Shown: in pieces, positions 50,998 to 62,187 of the stretch
Position numbering within the stretch: position 1 is the first letter of the stretch
How the letters are laid out: each line of letters opens with the position of its first letter
Virus genome (UHGV): UHGV-0117053
Strand: one strand, 5' to 3'
Source of the DNA: a virus
Length of the DNA stretch: 64,000 bases
Translations under genes and position numbers: made by a program
The notes under the pieces: model-generated
Database searches by the model: none
Told to the model about the DNA's origin: nothing
Seen by the model: the letters and a program-made list of their open reading frames with translations, nothing else

Positions 50998-52041
50998 TTA
51001 ACCTATTGCTACTGGTTTTAACAAACCAGCATCAAGTAGCTTGCGAGTTAACCACTGCTGGCCTTTACCCGTTAATTGGGGCGTCAGCCGTATCTGGTAG
51101 CCATTTTCATCATCCAGCACCACTTCTTTCACCGTGAAATACCCGGCGTTGATGTACTGTTGGCGCGGTACGTTTTTGCGCGCACCAAAAGCCATGAGAA
51201 TGCCGTTCTGGCGCAACCATGAGAAAAGGGCGTTTTGCTTAAGTCCAACGACCTTTGCAAAGTTCCCGATCAGGATTCCATTGGCCACTGATACCCGGTC
51301 GGCAAAATCGACTTTAGGGGCTGCGGCCACCAGCTGTTGTTCCAGCTGCATTTTCTGTTCTGCCAACTCGGCAGCCAGGCGTAGAGCTTCTGGTAATGTT
51401 TGGGGGATCGATGGGGCAGGGGAGTTTGCCTGCTGCAATTCTTCCAGTTTGTCGATCAGCGAACGGCGGACGGCTTTTGATTCGCGTGCGGCGACTCGCA
51501 GGGCTTGTTTGTAGGTCATGGTTATGACAACCATAGGCGTACCGCCACCTGGCGGCACGGTTGCACTTTTTGTGTAACCGTCCTCACCTTCTAATTCGTC
51601 GAGTATTTTTTCGATGAATTTGTTGTTCCGAACCTCTGGTTCCCCACATAACTTACGCGCTTCATTGACCATCTTTAACAGTGTCAGGCTGTCGATTGTG
51701 TCTCCGGTGTTGGGGATGATATTCACGGCTGGTGCTGGCGTAGCTGACGTAACAGGTGCTGTTTTTTCAACATTCAAATTATTACCGGTCATTCTATGTG
51801 CCTCCTTTCTCATTTCTGCTGCCACTGTTGCGTAACGTAGACGTCCTTGTTCAATCAAATAATCCCTGATCTCGGCTATCAGTAGCTTGTTGATCACAGC
51901 CTTATCTGTTCGGGTATAAAAACGTCTGGTTATCATGAAATAGTTGGCAATTGCGCCGGGGATCTCCCGTGTCGGCATACAGGCAGTATGCAGGGCGATC
52001 GCTTCGGCTATGTCATTACGGGTGACGAGAGGTTTTTTCAT
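50998..52041 (-). CDS. ant1: Antirepressor Ant1 (347 aa)
   Basis: Start overlaps the icd stop (ATGA); C-terminal ANT/KilA-C-like domain. Confidence 0.85.
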   Translation of the reverse strand: MKKPLVTRNDIAEAIALHTACMPTREIPGAIANYFMITRRFYTRTDKAVINKLLIAEIRDYLIEQGRLRYATVAAEMRKEAHRMTGNNLNVEKTAPVTSATPAPAVNIIPNTGDTIDSLTLLKMVNEARKLCGEPEVRNNKFIEKILDELEGEDGYTKSATVPPGGGTPMVVITMTYKQALRVAARESKAVRRSLIDKLEELQQANSPAPSIPQTLPEALRLAAELAEQKMQLEQQLVAAAPKVDFADRVSVANGILIGNFAKVVGLKQNALFSWLRQNGILMAFGARKNVPRQQYINAGYFTVKEVVLDDENGYQIRLTPQLTGKGQQWLTRKLLDAGLLKPVAIG

Positions 52042-52259
52042 AAACCCCCCTGAACGTCGGCAGAGAAGGGGAGGCTCCAGTAACTAAGTGAATTGCGCGA
52101 GTTAGTTGAAAAACGGGCAGTAAAAATGCAGGGGCCATCAGGCAATTGAGAGCGTGCTTCGTCTTCTGTTGCTGCGATAACGAAGTGATAGTGGTGTTTT
52201 TTACAGGAATAGAAACGCCAGATGAATTCTTGGCGTGCGCAAGGATTGGCATTAACCAT
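52038..52259 (-). CDS. icd: Icd, cell-division interference protein (73 aa)
   Basis: 73-aa ORF translationally coupled to ant1 and preceded by the c4 target repeats. Confidence 0.7.
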   Translation of the reverse strand: MVNANPCARQEFIWRFYSCKKHHYHFVIAATEDEARSQLPDGPCIFTARFSTNSRNSLSYWSLPFSADVQGGL

Positions 52260-52309
52260 AGTTACGGCCTCGTAAGTTGATAAACAACCTGCGACCCGCT
52301 GCTAAACAG

Positions 52310-52395
52310 GTGGCAGGACGTGACGGGGTTAGCAGACTGGCACTTACGAAACCAGCAGGCCGAAGCCTCCCCATCACGCCCCACCATAATTCGGG
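52310..52395 (-). ncRNA. c4: c4-like antisense RNA (approximate bounds)
   Basis: CUGCUAAC is complementary to two GUUUAGCAG copies, one upstream (about 52468) and one at the icd RBS (about 52301); stable UUCG hairpin nearby. Bounds estimated. Confidence 0.4.
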
Positions 52396-52571
52396 CGTAA
52401 CGTGGTTTACGGACACAAAAATACCGCAATATCGGAAATCTGCGGTTGTCCGCGTAAGTATTCAGGCTGCTAAACCCGGTCGCAGAATTTGCTACGACGG
52501 CGGAACTATAAGCCTGAACGATTAAAAGGTCAATATGATGTGAAAAGATAGCATTCGCGACTTAAAAATAC

Positions 52572-52588
52572 AAATTTATTAGAGCATT
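52572..52588 (-). promoter_or_regulatory. C1 operator-like site of the immunity I promoter
   Basis: AAATTTATTAGAGCATT, 16/17. Confidence 0.75.
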
Positions 52589-52684
52589 GCATGCTTAATA
52601 AATACACAATTGGATCTAATAACCTCTTTTTTTTAAAGGCGAAAATATGTACCCTAAATGAGTTATAAGGCAGGTGAGGTTATA

Positions 52685-53332
52685 ATGAGAAAACTATTAC
52701 TACCGTTATTATTTATGGCTGGGACTGTTAATGCAGCATCAAGCGTAAAGGAGATTTGTACCGATTATACGAAATACCTTGGGCACGTTTACGGCTTTGC
52801 TGTCAGTCAAGACGAATCCATGCGCAAGAAGTTACTGTCAGATATGAAACGCCTTAAACTTTCTGAAGCGATGGTGCAGCAAGAACTGTATAAAGTCGCA
52901 ACCAACGAAAATGCTAAATATCAATATTCTCGCCTGTTAAATCCCGACGCAAACGAGATCAATCGAAGCTCTTTCGATTATATGGTAAAGGCATGCGAAA
53001 CCGCTCCTGATTTTGCTATTCCTAGCTGGGGTGTGCTGGTGGCGAGCAATGCCGTTAATAAAGAAGACGTTGGAAGAAATGGCATTGACTCAATCAGAAA
53101 TGCCCCAGGAATGCGCCATCAAAACGTGCAGGGTACGCTTGAAGAGCGGGCCAGGGGGCCGGGTACAAACTCCCCAATGGGAAACCTCTCACCAGAGGAA
53201 TTGCAAGAGTATAACCAACGGATGGAGCAGTATGAGAAAGCGGCACGCGAACAAATGGAACAACAAAAGAACGGTTCACTTAATACCTTCCAGCAAGGTT
53301 TAAAAGCGCTTAATTTACCCTATGAATGGTAA
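52685..53332 (+). CDS. Secreted periplasmic protein, sim-like (about 215 aa)
   Basis: Signal peptide MRKLLLPLLFMAGTVNA; internal IRNAPGMRHQNVQGTLEERARGPGT duplicates a motif found in Sit. Confidence 0.6.
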   Translation: MRKLLLPLLFMAGTVNAASSVKEICTDYTKYLGHVYGFAVSQDESMRKKLLSDMKRLKLSEAMVQQELYKVATNENAKYQYSRLLNPDANEINRSSFDYMVKACETAPDFAIPSWGVLVASNAVNKEDVGRNGIDSIRNAPGMRHQNVQGTLEERARGPGTNSPMGNLSPEELQEYNQRMEQYEKAAREQMEQQKNGSLNTFQQGLKALNLPYEW

Positions 53333-53393
53333 ATATATTATGGATAACCAATTAAAATATTGATAATCGTTAATATCCAAAGGAGATAAATTA

Positions 53394-53870
53394 ATGCGCA
53401 TCAAACGATTTTTTCTAATTCTTGCTTTGCTTACTCCATTTTCATCAATGGCAAATGTAAGCAAATGGTCAACCGGCGAGACTCATGGTGTTCGTTCTTA
53501 TGCTGTTTCCAGCAAAGATAATTATACGCTTACATTTGAGTGCGATGTTGGATTTAATAATACGGATCCCAATCAAGTAGGAACACGACTACTCACTCTC
53601 ATGAAAACAGAACCTGGCGGTGAGTCATTTGATGCTAAAAAAGAACAAATAACGCTGAAAGTTGGTGATGATGAATATCCTATCAGTTCTATCGGTTCCT
53701 CTGTGGGTGATAGTTACTGGTATGGTTTTTGGTCAGATACCCCTGATATGGAAGTTAAAACATTCGATGCATACGTAGACGGAAAAAAAATCGCAACATT
53801 TACGCTACGTAAGGCCGCAGAGCTTTTCAACGCGGCACCTGAAGATGGCTGCCTGAAGCGCGCAAAATGA
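53394..53870 (+). CDS. Secreted protein with signal peptide (158 aa)
   Basis: GGAGA RBS; signal peptide MRIKRFFLILALLTPFSSMA. Confidence 0.55.
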   Translation: MRIKRFFLILALLTPFSSMANVSKWSTGETHGVRSYAVSSKDNYTLTFECDVGFNNTDPNQVGTRLLTLMKTEPGGESFDAKKEQITLKVGDDEYPISSIGSSVGDSYWYGFWSDTPDMEVKTFDAYVDGKKIATFTLRKAAELFNAAPEDGCLKRAK

Positions 53871-53876
53871 CCTGTC

Positions 53877-53897
53877 ACAAATGACTACTCGTAGAAT
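53877..53897 (+). promoter_or_regulatory. Putative late promoter motif
   Basis: ACAAATGACTACTCGTAGAAT 32 nt upstream of the next ORF. Confidence 0.4.
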
Positions 53898-53904
53898 CGG
53901 TTAA

Positions 53905-54495
<591 letters not shown>

Positions 54496-54505
54496 GGGAG
54501 CTGAT

Positions 54506-55117
54506 ATGGGGCTTAATGTTGCTTCAGTAAAGTCTTATGTATCTTCGGCATTAACGACGACATTATTTGGCTCCGGCGTTGGTGAGCGGGAAGTTGGTAA
54601 GCTGACGTCAATCATCATGAACAAAATGTTGTTCGCGCAAGGATGGCAGTTCTCTGTCGAAGTTGATGGACTGGAGGGGGCAGACTTCTTTGCCAAAGAC
54701 ATTACCTACCACGATTACAGCATCGAATATGAAACGATTAAAATCGGCGGAGGGAATATCCTTCAACCAACGGAGCGTTCGCCTGGGCAGATAACAATGA
54801 TGGTCAGGGATACCGTTGATGGCCTCGTTTTGGACTGGTTTAAGACGGCAAAAAGTCGGGTGATTAATCCAGACGGTACCGGGAATATACCGTCTAAATA
54901 TTTGCTCAATGTGCGTATTTATCGGTTGCTGTCTTCCGGCTTAACCAAACTGGAAAATGAGATGACTGTATTCCCTGTCACTACCGGCGATGTCACCTAT
55001 GCGCGGGATCAGGTTACGGAATTTAAGTCATTCCCAATGACCTTCGCATTGCACAGCACGTTTAACCAATCCTCAAGTTCTTTGGCTTCCCTTCTGGGCT
55101 TTAGTTTTTCTCTTTGA
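54506..55117 (+). CDS. Late protein (203 aa)
   Basis: Track ORF, tightly packed in the operon. Confidence 0.55.
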   Translation: MGLNVASVKSYVSSALTTTLFGSGVGEREVGKLTSIIMNKMLFAQGWQFSVEVDGLEGADFFAKDITYHDYSIEYETIKIGGGNILQPTERSPGQITMMVRDTVDGLVLDWFKTAKSRVINPDGTGNIPSKYLLNVRIYRLLSSGLTKLENEMTVFPVTTGDVTYARDQVTEFKSFPMTFALHSTFNQSSSSLASLLGFSFSL

Positions 55118-55131
55118 ATTAAGGAGCAAGG

Positions 55132-56013
55132 ATGCTTTTACCCCTTTTCCCGCTACCATCGCGGCCAACTGAATTGATCCAGTTCCGTCAGCCAAATATT
55201 GCTGATGCGATGCGTTTCAACTCGATAACACCGGAGGAACAAGAACAACAGACAACGGCGTATTTAAAAGCCTTGCTGGCTGAACCCGCGAAATATGATC
55301 CCCTGACATGGACGGCGCAGGACCGGATTACCGCGTTATGGTGGATATTTACTGGCTCCCGTGAAACACCGGTCGAGACATTCACCTACACCTGTAAACA
55401 TTGCGGTAAAGAGCATTATTACGATTGCGATATGAATGCTCTGGCTGAAGATATCCAGGTCCTGGAAGTGGAACCGTTCATTGACGATATTGAGGTGTCT
55501 GTAGAGGGCGTGCCTTATCAATGGCGTATCGTGCCGCTTGATGGTTGGGCAATGGAAATGCTGGAGATGCGCCGTGCAGCATTGCCACCTGAAGACGACG
55601 CGGAATTCAAAGAAGCGATCGTTGATTTGCGTTTTTGGGAATTCGCTTATCAGTGTGAACTTTATAACGATGTTAGCGGTACTCGTGAAGAGCAGGCTGA
55701 GCGTCGTTATGAAACGATCAAACGGATGGCCATTGATACTGAATTTATGAAGCTGGCGGCACACATCCGGCTGGCTCATGAAAAGCTCGAACATGGTTTA
55801 CCGTGCTACATCGATAAAGGCGAAATGCGTCTTCGTCTCCCGCCGCACAAATGCCCAAACCAGGATACAAAGGAGTCCACAGAGGGTGCGTATACCCGTC
55901 TGTGGGTGCCCTTTCGGGCTACCGACTTCATTCCACAGGTGGGGATTGAAAAGCTATCAGACCTTAGTGTCCAACCTGGTTTTGTATGGGGGTATACCGA
56001 TTCAGGACGCTGA
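55132..56013 (+). CDS. Late protein with Cys cluster (293 aa)
   Basis: Track ORF; TYTCKHCGKEHYYDCD cysteine cluster. Confidence 0.55.
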   Translation: MLLPLFPLPSRPTELIQFRQPNIADAMRFNSITPEEQEQQTTAYLKALLAEPAKYDPLTWTAQDRITALWWIFTGSRETPVETFTYTCKHCGKEHYYDCDMNALAEDIQVLEVEPFIDDIEVSVEGVPYQWRIVPLDGWAMEMLEMRRAALPPEDDAEFKEAIVDLRFWEFAYQCELYNDVSGTREEQAERRYETIKRMAIDTEFMKLAAHIRLAHEKLEHGLPCYIDKGEMRLRLPPHKCPNQDTKESTEGAYTRLWVPFRATDFIPQVGIEKLSDLSVQPGFVWGYTDSGR

Positions 56014-56094
56014 AAGGCTCACTGAATCCTATGCGTTTTTCCTGTTGGAGAAACTGGAAGAAAAACTTAAACCGAAGCGGTAGGCGATAAGATC

Positions 56095-59000
56095 ATGGAA
56101 AGAAAAAACGCCAACATTGACGATGTGATAAGGACGGTTGAAACCGCCAGCGCAAAAGAGCTGGAAGAGCTTGCAGGTATTCGGGAAGCCGTTGAAGATT
56201 TGAAAGGGGGGCGAGTTGCTACAGTTGATCCTGTCTCTCGCAGTGTGTCGGCATTAAATCGCACAATCGAAAATTCCCGGCCAGACTTTGTGGCCAATGC
56301 GCCATCAGTGGACCCTATTGTTGAGGCAATGAAACGGCTTAATTTAGGGGACGTTTCTCGTGTAGTTCAGGAGGATGTTGCTCTACAGGAACCGCAGGCC
56401 AAATCAACTACGCGAAAGGGTAAAAAACGACGCAAGAAGGCTATAACAGAAGATGTAAAGGCGCAACGGACCGAAGCAGACGAACACGCTCGCGAAATGT
56501 TCGGTCAAAAAGGCGGTGCGCAAAAAAGCCAAAACCAACGCGATGCGCGTGGTCGTTTTATTGGAAAGTCAGGGAGTAAGGCCGCAGCGGAAGATGCCCG
56601 TGCTGAACGTGCTGAAAAGGCCAGGCGCAAAGAGGATGATGAGCGTCTAAATGCTGAATCAGGTTTATTAAAAAAACTGTCAAAAGTAGCTGAAGGCATA
56701 GGTAACCCTTCAGAGACTCGTGCCGTCGATGCGTTAGGTTATGCCGTTGCTGGTCCATTGTGGGCAGCAGGGAAGGAGCTTGGCGGGATATCAAAAGAAG
56801 TTGGTGGATCGCTTAATGGTGCCAGAAAGTCTATTGCCGATGTGATTCGTGGCAATGACGATAACAGCCGTAGAAAAGGTTTTTTTAGGCGTAAATCGCA
56901 AAATAGTGCCGATGTCGTTCAGGTTAACACCCAAAAACGGACGGTTCAGGAACTTCAGGAGCAGACCAGCGAAATTAAAGAGGGCAATGACAAGATTCTC
57001 CGCGCTCTTGATCAGATAGCCAAAAACACCGGGAAAAAGAAGGGCGGCTTGCTGTCCAAACTATTTAGCCTGTTAGGGAAGGGGGCCGGTGGCGTCGCGT
57101 CGTTGTTAATGGGGCGTGGCATGCTGAAAAAAGCTGGAGCACTCGCTTTTGGCGCTCTGGGGGCAAAGAAACTTGTAGGAGTGCTACGCGGTGGTGGCAA
57201 GAAGACTCTCGCCCATGAAGGCGGAGATTTGGCTGCCCGGGCAGCAGGTAAACTTGGATTAAAGGCAGTTGGTAAAGGGGCGTTACGCGCAATTCCCCTA
57301 GTCGGCACAGTGGCTGGAGGTATTTATGATGCGGTAACCGGTTGGAATGATACAGAAGCGCAACGTCGAGCGTTTGGGCTTAAATCAGGACAAGATCCAT
57401 CATTCCAGCAAAAAGCCGCTTATACGTTAGCTAATGTTCTTGATATGGGGGGACTGGTATCTGGTATTAGCAGCGCCATTGGTGAGGTTCTCAAATCACT
57501 TGGATTTGAGGATATCGGCAATATGTTGCAATCATTTTCGACGGAAAGTATTGCCCAGGCCATTGATAGTGGGATTACCAACTTAGAAACATATATTTCT
57601 AACCTTGGCGACACCATTTCTACCAAGTTCGATGATTACACAGCAAAGATTGGTGATGCTGTTTCAGCATGGTTTAGCGATACATCTAATAAGCTGCTTG
57701 AAAAGCTGGATGCCATCAAAGACTTCTTTACTGTCGATAACCTGAAACAGGTTTTCAGTGATGCAATTGATAGTGCAATTGATTTCATTAAGAACCCAGG
57801 GAAACACATTAAAGAGGCGGCTGGTAATATTTGGGATGGGGTTAAAAATTTACCAGGTAAAGCATTAGATGCAGCGGTTGATGCCGTTAAAAATACCCCT
57901 GCGGCAATGATTGTATCAAAAATACCCAATCCGATCGGCGAGGCTAATGCGAAAGAAATCACTCCAGAGTTAAAAGCTCCGGTTAATAGCCATCAGGAGA
58001 CGTCTGATTCTAAAACTGAATCCGATGCCAAACAGAGTAATATTGCTACCCGCGTGATAAATGCGGCACTGGACACAGCGAAAGATAGCAATAAAACAGT
58101 TAAACAAACTGCCAATCAGATTATCAATGCAAATGCCGTAGAAACGGGCAATAGCGCGTTGCAGAAAATTGATAAAGCTATTGGTCAAAATAGCTCGTCA
58201 TCATCGTCGCTTAATACCACTGGTACCAGGAATGACATTCAGAAAGCTGCGGATACTTACAACAATGGCAACTTAGATGTAAAAGTCGGAAGTCTTGGCG
58301 CTGAAGGTAAGGCAAATCTCGATAAGTTGGCTCCGTATTTTGCCGAACTAGAGAATAAATACGGTCTTCCAGAAGGCACTCTTTACGCGATTGCTGCAAC
58401 TGAATCTGGTGGTAATCCGTATGCAAAATCCCAAACCGGTGCTCTGGGGATGTTTCAGTTCACGGGGATTGCTCGTGAAGAGACTGGCTTAGCTGAAGGT
58501 GAATCGTTTGATCCTGTGAAATCGGCAGAAGCTGCGGCTCTTCTCATGAGCAAGTATCTGAAGCAAGCCAATGGAGACTTAAACGAGGCCATCACTGCAT
58601 ATAATGCTGGGTTTGGCACTATTAATAAGTGGAAAAAAGGTACAGGTGACTTATCGAAAGAAAACCGTGAGTACGCGATCAAGGTCAATACTCATCGTGC
58701 TCGCTATTTAGGTGGTGAAATCTATACACCTGGAGCAGGAGCACAGGGTGGGGCGCAATATGGAGTGAGGGGACCACTGCCTGATAACGCTGTTATCGAT
58801 CAGTATACTGGCCTGGCGTTTACCCCTGGTGATAGCCCGTTTGAGAAAGGCGGTCTGGTCGACAAAATCGGCAATGCTGTTGGCGTTAACGATCTGGTCA
58901 ACAAATTCATGAATGGCCGGGGGATGCGTCGGGAAGTCGTTCAGGGAACGCTAGAAGAACGTGCACGAGGGAAGGGGACCGCAACAGCAGCTGGCAATGT

Positions 59001-59487
59001 GTATGTTGATACCCCGATGCCAGTTGAAGAGGCGCGTCCGGTGGCCAGCAACTCAAGTTACTTTGACCAGCTCGGCGCACAAATGGGGATTGATGGACTA
59101 TTCGATAAACTCCGCAACTCGCCGGGGATGCGGAAAAATAATGCGCCTGAACCAGCCTCCACGTCCCAGGTGACGACTGCCGCCAACGATTTGCAGCAAC
59201 CAACCGGTCGTATGCAGATAGACGGACAGGTTATTAGTGACCTTGGTGGCTCCGGTGCCAAGCCGACAATGCAGTTGGCTGATAATACCGTTTCACTTGA
59301 TGGTGAAACGAAGCGGCTGTTTGCGCAGATGACCTCATTGCTTGCCAGGATTGAAGAGCACACCAAAGACTCGGCGAAAGGCCAGGGAACTGTCGTAAAG
59401 GTCAGCACGCCTCAGCCGGGCGTTATGCGCACGGTACCACTGTCAATTGATGATCCGTTGATGAATGACTACGCGAGAGTTGATTGA
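56095..59487 (+). CDS. sit: Structural injection transglycosylase / tape-measure-like protein Sit (1130 aa)
   Basis: Lytic transglycosylase core (AIAATESGGNPYAKSQTGALGMFQF); Ala/Gly/Lys-rich repeats; size fits P1 Sit. Confidence 0.85.
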   Translation: MERKNANIDDVIRTVETASAKELEELAGIREAVEDLKGGRVATVDPVSRSVSALNRTIENSRPDFVANAPSVDPIVEAMKRLNLGDVSRVVQEDVALQEPQAKSTTRKGKKRRKKAITEDVKAQRTEADEHAREMFGQKGGAQKSQNQRDARGRFIGKSGSKAAAEDARAERAEKARRKEDDERLNAESGLLKKLSKVAEGIGNPSETRAVDALGYAVAGPLWAAGKELGGISKEVGGSLNGARKSIADVIRGNDDNSRRKGFFRRKSQNSADVVQVNTQKRTVQELQEQTSEIKEGNDKILRALDQIAKNTGKKKGGLLSKLFSLLGKGAGGVASLLMGRGMLKKAGALAFGALGAKKLVGVLRGGGKKTLAHEGGDLAARAAGKLGLKAVGKGALRAIPLVGTVAGGIYDAVTGWNDTEAQRRAFGLKSGQDPSFQQKAAYTLANVLDMGGLVSGISSAIGEVLKSLGFEDIGNMLQSFSTESIAQAIDSGITNLETYISNLGDTISTKFDDYTAKIGDAVSAWFSDTSNKLLEKLDAIKDFFTVDNLKQVFSDAIDSAIDFIKNPGKHIKEAAGNIWDGVKNLPGKALDAAVDAVKNTPAAMIVSKIPNPIGEANAKEITPELKAPVNSHQETSDSKTESDAKQSNIATRVINAALDTAKDSNKTVKQTANQIINANAVETGNSALQKIDKAIGQNSSSSSSLNTTGTRNDIQKAADTYNNGNLDVKVGSLGAEGKANLDKLAPYFAELENKYGLPEGTLYAIAATESGGNPYAKSQTGALGMFQFTGIAREETGLAEGESFDPVKSAEAAALLMSKYLKQANGDLNEAITAYNAGFGTINKWKKGTGDLSKENREYAIKVNTHRARYLGGEIYTPGAGAQGGAQYGVRGPLPDNAVIDQYTGLAFTPGDSPFEKGGLVDKIGNAVGVNDLVNKFMNGRGMRREVVQGTLEERARGKGTATAAGNVYVDTPMPVEEARPVASNSSYFDQLGAQMGIDGLFDKLRNSPGMRKNNAPEPASTSQVTTAANDLQQPTGRMQIDGQVISDLGGSGAKPTMQLADNTVSLDGETKRLFAQMTSLLARIEEHTKDSAKGQGTVVKVSTPQPGVMRTVPLSIDDPLMNDYARVD

Positions 59488-59843
59488 TGGCCAACAATAA
59501 CGAAATTGATCCTTTGCTGACGCTGGAGTTATCCGGCGTAAAAACGTATGAGTCCCAGGAGGAGGCCTGGGGCGCTCGTTTATATGAGTGGCTAAACACT
59601 TATCAGGGTGAGGTATACGGGGATCCGTCATGGGGCAATGTTTTACCGCAGTTTAAACACGAACCGACCAACTTGTCGCATGTTCAAATTGCGGTTGAGG
59701 CAATGCTGTTGCAAAAACTGACGGTAGATTTACCTGACATACCGATTTCTGGCTTGTCAGTAGCCGAGGGAGATGCTTTTGATAAGTTGAAAATATCCAT
59801 TCGTATCAGGGATATAACTATCACACAGGACGTGGTGCTATGA
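59484..59843 (+). CDS. Baseplate wedge protein (gp25/GPW-like), 119 aa
   Basis: Size and position directly after sit; start overlaps the sit stop. Confidence 0.6.
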   Translation: MMANNNEIDPLLTLELSGVKTYESQEEAWGARLYEWLNTYQGEVYGDPSWGNVLPQFKHEPTNLSHVQIAVEAMLLQKLTVDLPDIPISGLSVAEGDAFDKLKISIRIRDITITQDVVL

Positions 59844-61273
59844 GTAAAACAACACCGACTAAAGACAGTATTCGTGCAGAGTTTGAAGAGCTTGTCGAGA
59901 AAGATTCATTCTGGTCGAAGTTTGTCGGCTCTCAATTTGTCTCGATGCTGACATTGTTTATTACCCAGATTGTCTACAGGTGCTTTCAGTATGCCGATGC
60001 GGCGCTGGCTGAAGGCTTTATATCGACCGCGACGCGGCGTTCCTCTATCTTGGCAGCGGCAGAAACGAATAGTTACGTTGGTACCAAGCCAACACCGTCA
60101 TCGGGGATGATTGAGATCACCGCCACAAGTGAAGATGCCCCAGCGGTAATCCCCAAAAATATGCCTTTAATATCTGACGACCAGTACCCTTACATGACTA
60201 TGGATGTATGCAGGTTGGTTGACGGCACCGGTACGGTAGAAGTGGCACAGTTGGAAATCCAGGAGGTGACATATACCGTTACGGCAGCCAAAGAATTTCT
60301 GGAAGTCGTGTTATCAAAGGCTCTCACTGCTGTCTGCTATAAGCTGGAAGTATTCGTGACGACCGATGGTAAGACCACGCAGTGGTCTTCCAGCACTATG
60401 TTCCGGTTAGCCGGTAGTAAAAGCCAGGTCTACGTTGAGTTTTATAAGCCATCCGAGCAGTTGGGGGTTCGATTCGGTGATGGGCTAATTGGGCAAATAC
60501 CGCCAGAAGGCTCGACCATTACACTTAAGGTATGGTGCACCAACGGAGATATAACCCTGGTTGCTGGCCAAAACCTGACTCCTGTCGATTCTGCGGCTAA
60601 TTTAGCTAATTTGATTTCAGTTAAGACAACGACACCCATAACCGCAGGTACCGATGCCGAAACAACGGAGATCACACGTAATCGTGCACAATATTACCTT
60701 GCCTATGATGATCAGGTCGTATGGGGCGGGGACTATACGTATTTTCTGGTGCGTAACATCCCGGGACTGTCCTGGGTAAAGGCATGGGGCGAAGGCCAGC
60801 AAGAGAAATTAGATGGTGCTTATAATGTTCGGAATATCAATAAGATATTTATTTCAGGATGGCATCCAAACAAAAGCCAGTCAGAGCTTGAAGAAATGAT
60901 CCTGGCTGCCTTTAAGAAGGTGCCGAATGAGTTGAACAAGAAATTCTCGTATAAAGAGGTCAGAAAACTACCCTTTAAGATCACCATCACTGGGCGGATA
61001 TCGGCAAGCCTGACCATTGAGAACGTGACTGATGAGCTGAAGTCGGCACTGGAAACAAAATTTGGGCGTGACTCAACTTTCTTTGATCCGAACCGTGTCG
61101 GCAAGTACATCCTAATCAAGAAAAAAGACGTTTGGGCATTTATCGAAACGCTGGGTTATTTCCGCGACTTTTATCTGGAATTTGTCGAGTGGAATGAGTC
61201 CAACGGCTTTTACGATTTCGTTTATCTGGATACAGAAAACTCCACCTTTAATATTTCGTATGAGGAGGAGTGA
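59840..61273 (+). CDS. Baseplate J-like protein (477 aa)
   Basis: Size and operon position after the W-like gene. Confidence 0.55.
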   Translation: MSKTTPTKDSIRAEFEELVEKDSFWSKFVGSQFVSMLTLFITQIVYRCFQYADAALAEGFISTATRRSSILAAAETNSYVGTKPTPSSGMIEITATSEDAPAVIPKNMPLISDDQYPYMTMDVCRLVDGTGTVEVAQLEIQEVTYTVTAAKEFLEVVLSKALTAVCYKLEVFVTTDGKTTQWSSSTMFRLAGSKSQVYVEFYKPSEQLGVRFGDGLIGQIPPEGSTITLKVWCTNGDITLVAGQNLTPVDSAANLANLISVKTTTPITAGTDAETTEITRNRAQYYLAYDDQVVWGGDYTYFLVRNIPGLSWVKAWGEGQQEKLDGAYNVRNINKIFISGWHPNKSQSELEEMILAAFKKVPNELNKKFSYKEVRKLPFKITITGRISASLTIENVTDELKSALETKFGRDSTFFDPNRVGKYILIKKKDVWAFIETLGYFRDFYLEFVEWNESNGFYDFVYLDTENSTFNISYEEE

Positions 61274-62109
61274 TGCAGCGTTCCTGGTTTAATAACCGGC
61301 TTACATCAGCTAAGCAAAAGTCATTACTTTATAAATCATTGGCTGATTTGGTTCAGTCAATGATGGACACCTTTGTTGACCCATGGTTGGAGCGAATTAC
61401 CAACCGGAAGTCTATTTTCTCCATGAGCAAGGAGGATCTGGAGACTAGGACAAATGAACTTGGCCAGTTTTTTACTATCAGAACGTCGAATTCATCTTCC
61501 GTTCCGATGTTGTTACAACAGCGGTTTGATGAGATCCATTTTAAGGGTACTGAACGCCCTATAAACCAGACAATTTATCGCGAATTTAACGGCATATCGG
61601 TTTTATGGGATCCCATATATGCTCCGGTGGACTTTGAACGTCATCCCTATGGCACGGTCCTGATTCCAGAAAGCACACTGGAAACCACCGGCGGCACATT
61701 CGGCGAGATGTTTCTGACTTCCAGAGGAATGATCAGTATTCCCATAAACGACCTGGCCCGGACAATGGGTATTACTGGAACGATAGATCAGTCCGCAATT
61801 ACAGAAGAAATTCTCAGAAAGTTTAATCAGTTCGTAAAGCCTCTACTGCCACTGCATATAGTGTTTGATGGGCTTACGCTCTATTTGTCGGTTGTTGTAA
61901 ATGAACAGGCCGACATGATCACTTTGAATGAGATTTCTGATACCGAAAAAGCATTCTGCTGGTTTGAAACTTCGGATACAACTTCGCTTACTGAAGTTAC
62001 GTCGATTAACGCCCCGATCACTGCAACGCCGGGCGGCACTATTGTGAAAGCAACGCCTACGTTTGATCGCACCCGCGCAGATGATTTGCTGTTGGATAGC
62101 GATGCGTGA
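61270..62109 (+). CDS. Baseplate/tail protein (279 aa)
   Basis: Track ORF coupled to the J-like gene. Confidence 0.5.
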   Translation: MMQRSWFNNRLTSAKQKSLLYKSLADLVQSMMDTFVDPWLERITNRKSIFSMSKEDLETRTNELGQFFTIRTSNSSSVPMLLQQRFDEIHFKGTERPINQTIYREFNGISVLWDPIYAPVDFERHPYGTVLIPESTLETTGGTFGEMFLTSRGMISIPINDLARTMGITGTIDQSAITEEILRKFNQFVKPLLPLHIVFDGLTLYLSVVVNEQADMITLNEISDTEKAFCWFETSDTTSLTEVTSINAPITATPGGTIVKATPTFDRTRADDLLLDSDA

Positions 62110-62187
62110 CAATCACCCCGTCCGCAGGGCGGGGTGACAAGTTACTTATCTTACAATGAGGCTTCACAACATTGATTAGGGAAAATC

